Assembly: GCF_006345805.1 (NCBI RefSeq)
Contig: NC_042997.1
Location: 36,084,001 to 36,148,000, forward strand
DNA: 64,000 bases
Direction of reading: 5' to 3'
Source of the DNA: Octopus sinensis
Taxonomy: Eukaryota
In this document: in pieces, positions 37,660 through 58,497 of the stretch
Layout of the letters: the number at the start of each line of letters is the position of its first letter
How positions within the stretch are numbered: position 1 is the first letter of the stretch
Position numbers and translations under genes: made by a program
The notes under the pieces: generated by a model
What the model was told of the DNA's origin: nothing
Databases searched by the model: none
Seen by the model: the letters and a program-made list of their open reading frames with translations, nothing else

Positions 37660-40600
37660 AAATAAACAACATATAGAAAGTAAATGAATGTTCTATAAAA
37701 ACACACTGAAGGCACTTGAACACACATCAATCGACATACAGTAAAACAAGAATCATATTACATTAATACAAATACCATGTAATTCCTTTTGGGTCATAAA
37801 ACCAATGGAAGGAATAGTATCATAAATGTATTCCGGAAAGGAAGATCTTTTTGTACATAATTTCACGTAAAATTTCGTGCTAGTTCGCTTTATATAGAAG
37901 AATAAGCCTTCTTCGAAACAGATTCGTCACGACATAACAATGATTCCAGTTTTATTCTAATGTAGAATGGACATGTGTGTATATTCACGCTCACATACCT
38001 TGTATGGAATATATATATATATATATGGACACGTATAATTACAGATGTATCCATGGATGCATATTAGTATGTGTGTAGGTATGTAAATTTATATGTATAC
38101 TCACATACACACTATATATATATACATATATATATATATACATACACTTGCTTATCAATGTGTGTGTATGTGTGGCCGCTTTATTATGTATTAAGTATGA
38201 GAAGAATACTGCTTGTCTCTCCTGACTGACAGTAGAAATTGGTTGAAAGCATTGTAGGCAAGAATTATAATCATGTTTGCATAATACACACATAATAGGA
38301 TTTCAGTAATCTATGATTTCAAAAACAAAATGTTCTCAATGTACCTAGGGTGAGGGGAAGTAACATTTAATATATATAGATAGAAAAGCAAATCTTACGA
38401 AATATATACAAAGTAAATAGATAAACAAACACGAAATCACGTTAGAAAATACTATGAATATAAAGGAAATCTTTAGCTGGATGATGTATATATATTTTTC
38501 AGCAGCTTCTTTCTTTGTAAAACACCTGATAGCTAGTCACAGTTGTACTGCAAATAGGTAACCATTGCTGGGAATTACATGCTAAAAAAAAAAAAAATTC
38601 TGTTTGAAGTGCAGCAAATGGTGAAATTTTCCACTTTATTGTAATGCATTTTCAAACAGCCGTCGGTTTATTTTTTCAGAAAATTTTCGTTTAGCGTCTT
38701 TGTAAATTCCACTGTGTTCCACTAATAATATTCAGGAATTTCCTGTTCTGTTTTGCACCACACTTGTGCGCGGATAAGAATACAGTAAACGATATGGAGT
38801 CAAGATAACACTCTTGACCGGTGTACAATTTAGGAACGATTCTGTAGAATATGCTCTTTAGTGAAGATAAACGATTATGATTCATCAAAATAGTATTATT
38901 CATTAATATTTTTCAGATCCATACGTTTCGATTTTCAGAACGTAGAAGTCAGAATATTTTCCATGTATTGGTTGTAAGAGTAGTAGTCCACATGGTAAAG
39001 TTCTCCAATTTTGGCAATGTCAGTTATTGATCAGTTTTGCGAAGACTACTGATATAGTTAAGATTTGACTGATATTTATTAGTTCTTCTTTCTTTTAAAT
39101 TTGATTGTTTGAAAAGGAATAGGAGATTCGGGATACGGGAAATCTATGCAGCTCGGTCATCATTCCAGTATTCATGATAATAGAGCAATCTGAAAACAGT
39201 GGCAATATATAACATTATATAGTATACTGGGCATGTCACAAGAATTCAGTGCTTGCTGTTCTAAAATATATTTGAGGCTTTTTGTTATAAGTCGTGTTAA
39301 ATACATGTGAATATATTCGAAGAATGTAAAAGAAAAGTATTATTATTCAAAGGAACTAATTAAGGAGGGTTTTCAATATTTCATTACTCAAATTGGCTAT
39401 GGGAAATTGAATGATAATTATGCACGATATCATCTAAAGGCGTTTGCTTTTCATAAACAATTCTACACAGTATGTACATTGATGAAAGTGCATGGCAAGA
39501 GTCATGTTGCTAAGTGTTATATTGAAGAATATGTTTATCTAATGTATATAGTTGTAAATTATATCATTTATTGTAATTTTAAATTGAACAAAAATGACTT
39601 GAAATTATCTTTGTTACTAGCAATAAATGGTGTATATGGACATAGTCACTCTTGTTGCTCACTACCGTTGCATAGATAACTGAAATCGGAATAAAACAAA
39701 TAATCGAAAACATACCACAGTTTGAATAAGCTGGTAATTTTGAAATTAATAAATGAGAATAACTTCAGAAAAAAAAAATCGAAATACAGAAATTGTTATG
39801 TAATACAATATTCCTGAGAAATAAGCAGATGTTACAAATTTTGATAAATGGCGTGTATGTATCGTTATGCAAAAAGAAAAAAAATACATCACACAGCGTG
39901 AAATTGAATGATATAGAATTGTTTTCACTAAATAGCGAGGAGGAAAATCTATTAAATATAGCATTTCAAAATATGTAGGGAAATAACTCTGCTTTGTGGA
40001 GTGTTGATATGAAAGAATAACTCATATATTGATTGAAGAGAGTGATACATTAATTATATACTCTATAGGAAATAGATACTCGAAAATGCATATTAACCTA
40101 TGTTTTGTATGTTGTCAAACTACGCTTCATCTTTAAAAGCTTCATCTTTAAAATTGATAGTTAGAGCAAAAAAAGAAAGAAACGTATATTTATGATAAGA
40201 AAATCAGAGATGTGAATATCATGTAATATTTATGATTTTCCAAGGAACGATAAACTTATGTATATGATTTTGAGAAATAATACCAAAAAATGAAGTATAG
40301 GAATAAATGTAAATAAAAATAAAATTATTATTATTATATCAATTTCAAGACCCATGACAGTAAAGTTATAGCAATTGAAAGGTCGATTCCTCGGTCTCTA
40401 TATTAAATATACATACAAACATACATGCATACATACATACACACATACATATATGCATACATACATACTTACATACATGCAACTTACATACATGCATACA
40501 TTCGTGCGTGCGTACATGCATACATACATGCAACATACATACATACATTCGTGCGTGCGTACATGCATATATACATGCATGCATGAATACATACATACAT

Positions 40601-41988
40601 ACATACATACATAATGTATATTTTTATTTCACTTACGAAATAGTGAAAAACCACGGAAAACCACTAAAACTATTAAAGAATTAGAAGTGAATCTCCACAA
40701 AAATAAAACGTACGCAGGTTTTGTTTAGGAGAAAGTTATGGAAATAACACAGCAGTGTAAGATGCTAATGAAATCCACGATGATGTAGTTTTTATGTGGC
40801 CTGTAGAAGAGTAACGATAGGTAGCGCATTAAAAATGGATATAGGGATATTGCACTAGATTAGGCAGATAACACAAACAATGTAACTGATGAAAGATACA
40901 GAGAACAATAAGCACTTTCTGTCATGAAGCGCAGTAGGCCTCGGGAAGAAGCTGAATGTTCCGTAAATAAGCTCTGAGGTATTCAGAGTTTAAAAACAAG
41001 CGCATCATCACGGCACATTTTGAGTGGACGTATCAAAACACCAAAAACTCCTACATTATAATTATTTAGCATACGAAAAGAGTATTGAAAACGGAGTGGC
41101 ATTCTCCTAACGGAAACACCGTCATTGATATTATCTATCTGCCATCATTGCTTGTCGGCCGAGTTATACATTTTGATCGTATACTCACCTAATAGATACG
41201 TGTGTGAAACTTCGCCCAAGAGGTCATTTGCCTGAAAATGCTATAGGTGACCGAGTGATGCCAGTTAGAGCTGAATAATTAATTTCATCAACTGTAGCAC
41301 CTACAATCTGTTGTATTATTGCCGGCTTATGTTTGAAACCTCGGTGGCAGTGTTGCCGAACGCACTATCAGGGGGAAAGGAAAATCAAGAAAGGATGAGT
41401 CAATAGGTAAAAGATAGGAGAATTTCTTTGTGGGACAGACCACCATATTTTCAAGGACGAATGTCTTACTATCAGATAGACAGACAGACAGACGGAGAGA
41501 AACATGGACTGAGACACAGAAATATACAGAAAAGGAAGGAGAGAGCGAAACTGACAATAAATATTCAAAATGTTCGATTCAAGACATCTAACTTGAGCAT
41601 TCAATAGTACAATATGGTACTTTACGCAAGTGCTATTTCCTATAGACTTAGTTCCATCCATAGCCCATAATTGAAAGTCGGTATACATCACCATTTGGAG
41701 GATTGGACGTATAATAACAAACGAATATAGTCATCACCCGCTATCTCAAGCTAATTCTGCCTGGAATTTAAGCATACCCGAGCCTGTGATAGGATCAGCA
41801 GCTTACACATTAATACACATTTTATCATAAAGCCGATATCGTATCAACGATCAAGTGAGAGGTAAAACTATCTGTCTATCAATTTATCTATCTCTCTATC
41901 TACCTATCTATCTGTCTGCCTATCCAACTATATATCTATCCACCTATCTATCTAATACACACGCACACACACATGCACATGTATACAG

Positions 41989-42045
<57 letters not shown>

Positions 42046-42048
42046 ATA

Positions 42049-44047
<1,999 letters not shown>

Positions 44048-46285
44048 GTATGTGTGTGTATGTGTTTGTCTCCTTAGCATTGCTTGACAACCGATGCTGG
44101 TGTGTTTACGTCCCCGTCACTTAGCGGTTCGGCAAAAGAGACCGATAGAATAAGCACTGGGCTTACAAAGAATAAGTCCTGGGGTCGATTTGCTCGACTA
44201 AAGGCGGTGCTCCAGCATGGTCGCAGTCAAATGACTGAAACAAGTAAAATAGTAAAAGAGTAAGGAGATCATATTTTGTTCATAACTGAAGAAAAATATA
44301 TAAATGATTACTAGCTGAGATAGGGAACGTCTCACACTTGGTGCATTCTGTATGAGAGTTGACATGAGGAATAAAAATAACTGCATTGGTTTTCACGGAA
44401 TAGAAACATGTATTGTGGAATTCGTACATTTTCCATTGTATTTATAAAACGAAATGAAAGAAAAATTGGAAATGTTGTACTAGTGTCATCCGGATACAGA
44501 GTAAACAACATACATTTGTTACACTGACACATGGCGTCATTTCCAAAAGGATTTAACTTCTATTACTATTAAGAATCTTAATATATTTGTTCACTAAAAT
44601 AAAGAAAGTAGGAAATTTTGTACGTGCCTCTCCCGAGATGCATTACTTCCTTATATGAATTGAAGTGGCTGTAAACGGAAATCAAAACCTGATTGTGGAC
44701 TCGTTTTGACAGGATCTTACTTTTCATTCAACAACGCACGCTACTAGTAATTGCTAAATATTGGTTTCACTTTATTGAATCCATCGAACTATCTAACTAT
44801 TTCCCCCTGAATTTTCCTGGCAGTAATAATCCTAACTAATATATTGTGATTCATAATGACACTTTATTAGTTCGTTTCTTTTCTGTTTCATGCAAATACT
44901 TTAATGACAAAGTGAAATCTAGCAATTATTCGTTATGTATTATTATTGCATATTGTATTGTCATGAAACGATATAACAAATAACAAGTGTCTATTCAAAC
45001 GCATACGAGCGTGTCACAATCAGTGAAACATTTTTTAAAGCATGTGATCTTCATAAATATATTATATAATGAATGGAATTTGAATTATTAGATCCTTAAC
45101 AACAGTAACGGCAAAATATCAGCCTTAATTAGTGATTTGACTGAGAAATACATATAATACACTTTCAAACTATATAGTTGACTGATCCATACAGTATTAT
45201 AAATATTAAGATTTCAGCACTGCAAATATATATTTACTGTTGAAATATATATCTCCACTTTTCATAGATTTCCATTTGCCAGAGTCATTTTACTGTTTTG
45301 TATATGGAGTTGATAATAACTAGGCCCATGTAATATATTTATGTGTATTTAATAAGTGTAAATATAACACATATCAAAAGGCTAAATGTACAACATAACA
45401 TATACGATCGCCTTTATCCTCCATATAATTTTTTATTCATGCCATAAAATATTCTTTTAATATGTCAGATTTTTAGTTAATCAATTTAAAATACGTTTCT
45501 CAAGAAACCAGAATATATTTCTTAAGGGAAATCAAAATATAATCTGGTTAAAATATTCATACTATTCATAGGCATGTCATTGAAATATGCAGATACCAGA
45601 TTCGGAATATAGTAACAAATTCTGCAATTGATGTATAAGTATATCTAAATCATGTTTACAAAAAGCCGCAAAATGTATACTAGAAAGTAATTGATAAAAT
45701 CGATTCTGATGTGTTTTTAAATTTTGAGCGTGAAAGAAACATCATTCCATTGATATTAGTTCTACAACAATGTTTATTTTATTGCTTCTATTTCTAAACA
45801 ATTGTTTTCATACCATACTTAATCACACATTCTATTGATTCTAGACCTGAACATGATGTAATTTATCAAATGTTGTTTGTATTTTAAATAAATTTGACGA
45901 TCATTAACACAATGATCTCCTATGTAGACACAAGTCCTGGCACTATACTCAATTCGGCTTACACTAGTGTATTATTAGCGTATATTTTATTGATCCTCGG
46001 CTAGATCAGAAGTAAATTATCCGGTTGCTACTTCAACAAACAAGACAACGCACCGAATTACTGAAGATAAAGAATATCGCGGTCGTATAGTAGAAGCATT
46101 GTATGTTATTATACATTTCCTTGTTAGTGTATCAGGCACTTTATTTTCATTCAATTGGTTTGTTCCTCTTTCTATCTGCGATTCTGCATACATATATACT
46201 TATATTCATACATGCATAATGCATTCATACATATATACACATGCATACATACATACATACATACATACATACATACATACATACA

Positions 46286-46317
<32 letters not shown>

Positions 46318-46919
46318 CATACATACATACATATCTCTCACGTGATGAAAAATCACTTTTTCTCTCTTATAGATATGGAATTGCAATACTAAACTTTAGA
46401 ACTTCTCTCCTAAAAGATATCGATAGGTGATATTTCGAAGTTTGATATGTTCAATAATGGATGGAGGCCATTCCAGATCCTAAGCCGTGACCAAAGTAAC
46501 AAAGAATGGTTTTAAAAATGTCATTCTCGTGAATTTTACCCACATATTCGATATACAATTACGTCATGTAGAGCAGTAGCTTTTGCTTCAGTATTGACCT
46601 TAGTCATCTAAGATTTGCAAAAGAAAAAAAAATATTGCCTGCACAAATAGAGTTTTATAATGAGTGAGATTTATTGTCAAGTTACTGGAAATATCGATAT
46701 TGCACGTATGCCATTATGAATATGTATATGTGCATGTGTGTGTATAACGTCATTTTACTGTGTGTGGTTTGTACCGCCTATAATTATGCATGGGTAATTT
46801 CGCATGCGTTTATAGATATGTATACTTATATTATTTCGTTGCACTTTAAGATACATTATGGGTTACGAAAATATGTGCATTCATGCAGATGCCTATATAT
46901 ATATTATATATATATATAT

Positions 46920-46951
<32 letters not shown>

Positions 46952-47544
46952 ATATATATATATGGGGGAAAGAGAAATTGAGAGACGTTCATAGATGGAA
47001 AATAATGATTTTCAAAGTACATTATTGGGGATTATTCACTAAATTGTGTAGCATGTAAACTACATTTGTTTTTGTATTGATACTAGTAAATAGAAGGAAA
47101 ATACATAGTATTTGATGTATTATTCATGATATACTATATATTAACGCATGTCTCGGATAAAATATACAGAAATTTTAAGCGATATACTTCACAGAATGAC
47201 CTCTTTCAAAAGCTTTTTCCCAACGTACACGCAAATACAGAAAAATGTAGAAATATAATTTTATCATGCTACGGCATCCATTCCTTTTACTTGCTACACC
47301 CATGATAGGGCATCGCTTTAATATTTTATTTGAACGTGTCTACACCATTACCATTCCATATACGAGATTGGCAAATGTTTGAATTATATAAGATAAGATC
47401 TTCTGAGAACTTATTTTGTTGTTTTTTGCTTCGACCAGTATATAATCCTACACCCATATACAAAACGTTTTGCATATATACACGGAAATGTACATGGGCG
47501 GTCTGTGTTTGCTTCTGTTGCCCAAACTTCTGATATGTGTGTGT

Positions 47545-47830
<286 letters not shown>

Positions 47831-48199
47831 ATATACTCACATATATATTTCTGTGTGTGTTTATGTGTGTATATAAATATAAAAGATTGGCTTATTAGCA
47901 ATTATAACCTGAAGACAAAATTAATAGAGATCACACAAGTGACAGAGATTACTATCTAGCACCGCTTGTGCTAAAATATGAGTGAAATTATCTCTAAAGC
48001 CACCAAAGCACTATACTCAATGATTGACAAAGGGAGGCGTTAAGAGTGGCTCATGAGAATTAATGTGATCTACAACAAAATTCGAAATCGCGATACGGCT
48101 ATATACACACGGGACATTTCTCCCTCTGTCACTCATTAAGTATAGTGCGTTATTGGATTTGGGGTTAGTTTAAATCTTATTTTAGCATAATGGGATAAT

Positions 48200-49493
48200 A
48201 AAGGATCAAACGGGAACAGGTAAAGGAATGGACCCGGACCAGAAATGGACAACGAGAAATGAATCGGTAAAGGAAAGGTAGATGAGGAATTCAGCTGCTG
48301 CCAAAAACTGTTTTCTAGTTAAATCGGGCTTAGAATACACCGAGGGAAGGTGTGTTAGGAGAAAGTGATTCAACAGCGCGAATTGAAAAACCAGAAAATG
48401 TGTGGCCAGAACCTCCTGGAAAGAAATCAAAGCAAAGGTCATTTTACAGTTGAATCGTAACAGCCAAGGAAAGAGATAGGCGTGAAGAAGCCAAAGTTAA
48501 GTAGCCGAAAGCAAATGATGCAGTGAACTATAAAAATTCAACGACGAGTTAGTAAGAATGACCACCAAATTCAAAGAGAACGACGACCAAACGCTAGGAA
48601 AATTGGCTAATATAATCTATCAGGAATGAGTCAAAAGATTTAGACTTGCAACAACGGGGAATTGAGAATCATCGGCAAAGGGAGGACAATCGAAGAGAGA
48701 AAGACGATCGCAAAGATACGAGAAGAGAAGAAAAAACTCAGAACCAGAGGGAGCGATGCAAAAGGGGAGGAAAGAGAAGAGTTGAAATAGCTATATAATG
48801 AGATAAAAATTAGGCATCAAGATCAACTAAGAAAGGAAAGAAAGAAGAACAGAAGAAAGGAGAAAGAAAAGAACTATTATTGTTTTGCAAACAAGCCATA
48901 TGAATATACTAAACATTTAGTTACTGAAAGTAAGAGCGGACGAATCGATCGCACTAAAGAAGAACTCGAACACCATCTAAAAGGGACATACAGTGACGCC
49001 GATGGAAATAAAATACTCCCAGAAATGCTCGGCCTGAAGAAACCACCTAAACCAAGGGTACCATTCGATTTGAGTAATATGAGACAGAAATAAATAGATG
49101 AATTCATCAGAAAAGTTCTCCAGGAAACGACGAAGTTAGCTACAATGTTTGTAAGTATTGTCCAAAATTGCGTTTACAATTGTTTGCACTGATAAAGGAA
49201 ATGTGGAAGAAGAAGGACGCAGCAGAGCGACGGTGTATAGCTAAAGGTATCGATTTACCTAAAGAGAAGGAGGTTAAAACACAGGGGCAATTCAGACCCA
49301 TTTCATTATTAAATACCGATGGGAAAATCATGTTTGGAATCATTGCCAAGTGAATAAGATTCATACGGCATAACGGATATGTTAATGAAGCAATCCAAAA
49401 GGCAGGGATCCCTGGAATTCCTGGATGCATAGAACATGCATTAGTCATATGGGAAGCTATCAACTGTGCAAAGCAACTGAAGAAAAACCAGTA
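48200..49493 (+). mobile_element. HERO/R2-superfamily-like LINE fragment (pre-RT region and RT N-terminus), 3'-truncated
   Basis: ..PKANDAVNY.. (about 48500), FANKPYEYTKHL..TKEELEHHLKGTYSD, LPKEKEVKTQGQFRPISLLNTDGKIMFGIIAK, NGYVNEAIQKAGIPGIPGCIEH. The QKAGxPGxxGCxEH motif is typical of HERO/NeSL-type RLE LINEs. Confidence 0.75.
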
Positions 49494-49739
49494 ACATAAT
49501 CATCATCATTATCATCATCATCATCATCATTATCACCACTTGTAGGAGCAGCAGCAGCCAGGTATTATTAAAAGCTAATTTAATTAGTAGTGATACGAAT
49601 CAGAAGTCTGGTGACGTCTTTTATCAAACATGGAAGACCTTTCTTCTAGCGCTTTTTGCAGAATATAATATTTCACATTCCTAAGATCAGTAATATATTT
49701 CTCAATTCCAATAAATTTCAACTGCTGAGAGAGAAGTTT

Positions 49740-53300
<3,561 letters not shown>

Positions 53301-54192
53301 CTGGATTGCAAAAGCCTCTCAATCAAAGCCAGTGCTAATGTCCCAATTACTAAGTGAGAATATATCCCTTACATATATTGCATCACTTAAAAACGTTCTG
53401 ACAAAGAAGTCATACATAAGCATACATCTTTTCCACTGGGGAGTTGTTTTACTAGAATCCTCCAAAGCCTCTGGGTGTATCAGATGCCATTAGCGAATTA
53501 ATTTTTTCTAAACGTTTCATTCCCATTTTTCATATGATCCGCGCCATGTTTCACCCATGTTAGTAGGTTTTCATTTCTAGTAAGTAGGTTTTGTTTTCGG
53601 TATTACATCTCACTTCCAAAAGTTGTTAATATTCTTGGCAAGCATCACCACATCGTTTACATTCTGATTTGAGGCAGTTGAAATATATTATGCTGACGTA
53701 GATATTTCTTGTACACTTTCAAAATGTTCAGGTTTGAAAATCAATAGTATTCCTCTTATCCAATAGAATAGGCAAAATAGGAGTATAATTACTGGTATAG
53801 AACACAATTTCTGTGATTAATATTTGATTATTTCTTAAGCCTCTCATATTATTGATAACATCAAAGAATATATATTTATTCCATGCTTAAACACCTTTCC
53901 CATTCCTATGTTTGGTCATCCATAGACATTTTACTAGATCAGTGCTTAATTAGCCTCGTTTATAACCACGTATGAATATATTTTCCAGGGCAAGGATTAA
54001 CTTCATAAGGTTCATATTATTTGCATATACATTCAAATCCTCAACAAAGATTCCATAAATTAAGATATTGTGTCTGTCTTCCGAGAAAAAATCGTATAAT
54101 AATTAGTGTTTTTAACTGTTGAAAAGAAAGACTCACTCATTGATATATAACTGTGCCACGCTGTAGCCGAGCAATAACAAAAAATACACCCC

Positions 54193-55169
54193 CTTGGTTT
54201 CAAATCCAGCCTGAGAGATGGCCACATCATGGTTCTGATGTTGTGTAGGAAGTCCATGGTGAACCTGGTGATGTAGGAGAGAGCATTGTCCTACTGAAAC
54301 ACGTGGCTATGAAGACGCGTGAAGTGGAGCACGACGTGAGGTGTTAGGATCTGGTCAACGGTGTGATGTCATTCCCTTTGCTTGCACCAACATTTAGGAA
54401 GACGAAGCCCAATTCTCTGATTCACGTCTATACTACCCCAAAACATGATACTTTGGCCACGCCACACATCTCTCACCATGGCACGTGCGTCTCTGTAACG
54501 TTCATTCCTCGTACGCCACATCCATACTCTGCCATCTGAGGTGGAAACGTAGTAGCAGCTCTCGTCAGAGAAGACTGTCGACTTCCAATGTTGGTGCAGT
54601 GCAGTCCACTGTAGTCGGGTGACGGGTGGTGAGGAAAGGCTCTCGAGCAGGACGCATGTTCTTGGCGGTCAGTCGACATCGTACCGTGTCTTCGTGATGG
54701 GTCACTGTCCATTGCCAATGGTCGCGCGACTGTCAGGGTGGCCGGTCTGAAGCGATCACGGAGGTGTTGTATATAGGTGAAGCGGTCATTCCTGGGTGTG
54801 GTCACCCAGAGGCGTTCACTGCGGGCATAATCTGCAGTGCTGTTAGTATTGCTGTAACGCTGATACAAGCGATAGATGGTGATGATATGGATATTGTAAG
54901 CTTTCGCAACAAGCAGGGCACGCTGCACTGCATACAATCAGCCGATATCTTGTTATCCCTGCGCTGCTGACATTCGGTTCATATTTGATGCGTTCGAATT
55001 ACCAATGCCAGAAACTAGTTCAAGTTGATATTTATACAAATAACCTCCACGAGATGCACGCGCATTTCGGTTTTCATGACTGCAGTTTGCGACTTCCACC
55101 CGTGACATTCAACGCCATTTGAAAAAAAAATAACATTTGAAAACATTGCTTTTCTTTTGCAATTCAGTG
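54193..55169 (-). mobile_element. Decayed Tc1-family (DD34E-type) transposon, 3'-truncated
   Basis: The minus strand gives an HTH region (VAKAYNIH..TIYRL.QRY..TNSTAD.ARS.R..VTTPRNDR..HLRDRF.PAT), then VFSDES, FQ*DNA and WPSL.LDLKP. A putative left TIR CACTGAATTGCAAAAGAAA ends at 55169. Confidence 0.9.
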
Positions 55170-56779
55170 CACACTCTAATGCGTTCCTGTAATCAAGCCA
55201 CCTTGTATCAAACTACATTATCTATTTATGTATAAGTTTGTATTTATATGTATGTGCTGGGGCACTTGGCTTCGTTGTTAAGGGGTTCAACTCGATATCA
55301 TATAGATATTTGTTTAATATCTAGACAAGAATAGTGCGGTGTCTTTACTCAGGGCTCGTAAGTTAGCTTAGCCTCAAACTGCCCAGCTAAATATGCGATC
55401 CAGGGTATTTTCGCTCCAGCTGATACACAAAATATATGACGCTGTGTCTGAATTAAGTATCCGTTTGTTCACTACTATGTGTGAAAATAAAACAACTAAT
55501 GGAAATGTGGTATTCGTTTCTAAGACTTGATCATACATGGATAATGGGTAGCTTATATATAATTTATATACATATGTATGCAGGAAAATATTTATTCATA
55601 TGCATATGAATATGTGTTTCGTTTTCCTCTAATTCGGCTCTTATATTTCATTGTTCTAGATTAAATAACTGTTGTGGTTTTAGTAAGCAAAGTTTAAGAA
55701 TAATTTCAATATGAATTGTATATTTACTGCATTGGTATATTTGTTCTTAGCAAAATATGAAACCCACTTCTACTTTTTTTTTTGTGAAAGAGATTATATT
55801 GCGTCTTTCACTGTAGGCGAACACAGCAGAAGTGAAAAACAAATAGGATTGAAGGAATGTCTCCCTTCAACAATTTTCAGAAACGAAATTATATTTCCTA
55901 ATATCAGGAAATAACGAGAACCATAAGTCCTGATTTTCAGCAAATTGTGATCTAACAGCTGTACTGGAATGCGTTAGTTGATTATTGTGCAAGTTATCGT
56001 CAAATCTGATTAGGAGGAATTAAATCGGATTAACAAATGTTTAAAGTAGATAAAGTGGAAACAGTTAACGCCGATTTTCAGCAGTCAGGACATGAAAATA
56101 AATTTTGTCAAAACCACCAAAGAGATGAAAGAGGAGAGAAAAGTAATTTAGAATGATTTGCCCCGAGGACGAAAGTAAACTTAATTCATGAAATTTCATC
56201 AGCTTCACATCGTTATTCATCAGGTTTCGTCTTCTATGAAATCTACGCAGCATTACCTAAGACATACGACAACAAACTGTAACATGCTAAGCAGTATCAC
56301 TTTAAATGTAGTACACGTGGCATTACGTATTCTTGTTTGGATCCAACGACTACCAGGCAGACTTTGCAAATGTCTGTACGGATAACAAAGCAAATGGAAA
56401 CCAATATGAAAGTTAGTTTCCTGGGGGTTAAATTTGTATACTAAATCAATTGTACCTAAATCATAAAAGTCTATACCACAACACACCATCCATCATGGAT
56501 TATATTAAGACGACAGACGGACATATCTTTGCACTCAGAGCTACATGTTTTTTTTTGTGGGGTGGGTATGTATGCATATATTCATCTCGTGTAATTGAAA
56601 ATATATTTGACATTTCATCAAGAAGAGCGATTTTTGCAACTGAATAACTTCCCCAAAGTGCTGCTGAGATATAATCCTTTGAAACTAATAGAATATGTAA
56701 AGAAAAAAAAAACAAACAAATTTTGAGTATTAGGGATCTACTATTTGACAGTCACTTATTTCTCCGTGGGTATACGATG

Positions 56780-57154
56780 CCATACACAAGTAGTAGAAAT
56801 AGGGTTCAACAGAAGTGTCTTTACAATAAAGTTACTCGATTGAGTGCGTAGCTGTAAGATCAGAAAAAATGCTCCGAGTAGACCCACCATTTCTCTAAAT
56901 TGACAGATAGCAGCTGCGACACTACGAACGTTATAAGTTCGTCTAAGAAAAGAATTGTCGGAGAGGTTTTAAGAGCAAAACTAACAGGCAGAAGACTCAA
57001 GGGAAGAACGTGAGCAAGACGTCTAGATAATAGCCATAATCTGATTTGGTATCGCTTGGGGATCCAGCCGGAAGAAACAGAAACGTTTGCTTCTAATAAG
57101 ACCTGACGGAAAGCGTGCTTGAAGAATCTTCCCTCTCGATTCATCCAGGAATAA
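56780..57154 (+). mobile_element. Decayed RTE-like LINE 3' fragment
   Basis: VEIGF.R..LD.VRS.KIR..QLR.Y..ERIVGEVLRAKLTGRR.KGR..RLDN..W.RLGIQPE, matching the RTE ORF C-terminal QLRWxGH..R.RGRP..RWxD pattern. Confidence 0.7.
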
Positions 57155-57343
57155 ATTGGCAAAGAAGATGAAGTTAATTTTCCTACTTATAAACAGCGAT
57201 TGGCATTTGTGGAATAAGGGATGTTCATAATTACGAATGAACAATAATATATTTGGGACGGTATATATGAAATTAGTTTACATATCTTTCTATACCAAAG
57301 AATATAACGTCTTGGTACATATTGAGGCTATATATATATATAT

Positions 57344-58214
57344 ATATGTTCTATTTTATTAACATATTATACGACTAAACGCACGCACCCTATTAAGTAA
57401 GATTGTTCTGTTTATCAAGTTAGCCTTGATATTAACTCTCACGCGACTCTGCATCTTTCTTTCTTTCTCTCCCATTCCCTTTTTCGTCTTTTTTTCCCTC
57501 ACTTAACTTGTCTCTTCCTCTCTCTCTCATTCTTCATTCTCTCTCTCCCTTACACCATTCTTCATGGTCTCCTCGCACCATTCCCCTTCTTCTCTCTCTT
57601 CCTCTTGCTCCTCCTCCCCCATTCCCGTCGTCCATCTGCGACGATACTTCCGTCGTAACTGCTATCCTGTCTTTTCTCGCCCGCCTTCTAAGGCTACTGG
57701 TCGACACATTTTCTCTCTCTCGTCGTCCACGATAATCCAGCGTTTGCAATACTTTTTTCGTCTGGCGTTAACAGCCCTTCTTATCTTGTTCTCCTTGTCC
57801 TGTCTCTCACTGTTATATATTTATTTTTCCACTGTTTATATATATATTTTTTACTGTTTATATGTTTGTACTCTCGTTACCGTCTGCGAAAAGATCTCAG
57901 AATTTTAATTGATTTGCTTTTCGCGGGAAGGAAGTTTTCTTCGAAGTATACGTCTCGCTTTTATCCTTCGAAACGTTTAGTAGATGAAACCTTAGCGACT
58001 GAAGAAGGGGATTTTTCGTTGTGCTTATTGTCCTGTATCTCTCTCTTTTTTTTGCTTGTCTTGCTCCTTGGTTTGTGTCTATGTGTTTCGTCTCTCTATG
58101 TGTTCGACGTCTTTTTGGTGTCCTGTACACATATATGCGTGTATATGTACATGTAGAGGTAGGTACGTACATATATGTTTATATATATGAATATGTTCTA
58201 TTTTATTAACATAT
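57344..58214. mobile_element. Unclassified insert of about 820 bp, pyrimidine-skewed, bounded by a perfect 24-bp direct repeat
   Basis: ATATGTTCTATTTTATTAACATAT at 57344-57367 and 58191-58214. No recognisable coding content. Confidence 0.55.
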
Positions 58215-58232
58215 ATATATATATATATATAT

Positions 58233-58450
58233 AGCTGCAGGTGTGGCAGTGCGGTAAGTAGCTTGCGCTTACCAACAACATGATTCCGAGTTCAGTCCTT
58301 CTGCATGGATTCTAGGGCAAGTATCTTCTGATATAGTCTCGGGCCATCCAAAGTCTTCTGAGTTGATTGGGTAGACGGAAACTGAAAGAAACCCGTCATG
58401 TATATATTTATGTATGCATGTTTGTATATATACATATATATATATATATC

Positions 58451-58497
<47 letters not shown>

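Noticed and set aside
38691-38903. ORF with RIVPKLYTGQEC..RKFLNIISG, faintly like an RTE thumb region
   Set aside because: Too short and degenerate, with no colinear neighbouring motifs to support a call.
57960-58015. CCTTC-GAAAC-GTT...CTGAAGA-AGGGG as a permuted (type II) hammerhead
   Set aside because: Helix I does not pair convincingly and the helix II register conflicts with the core.
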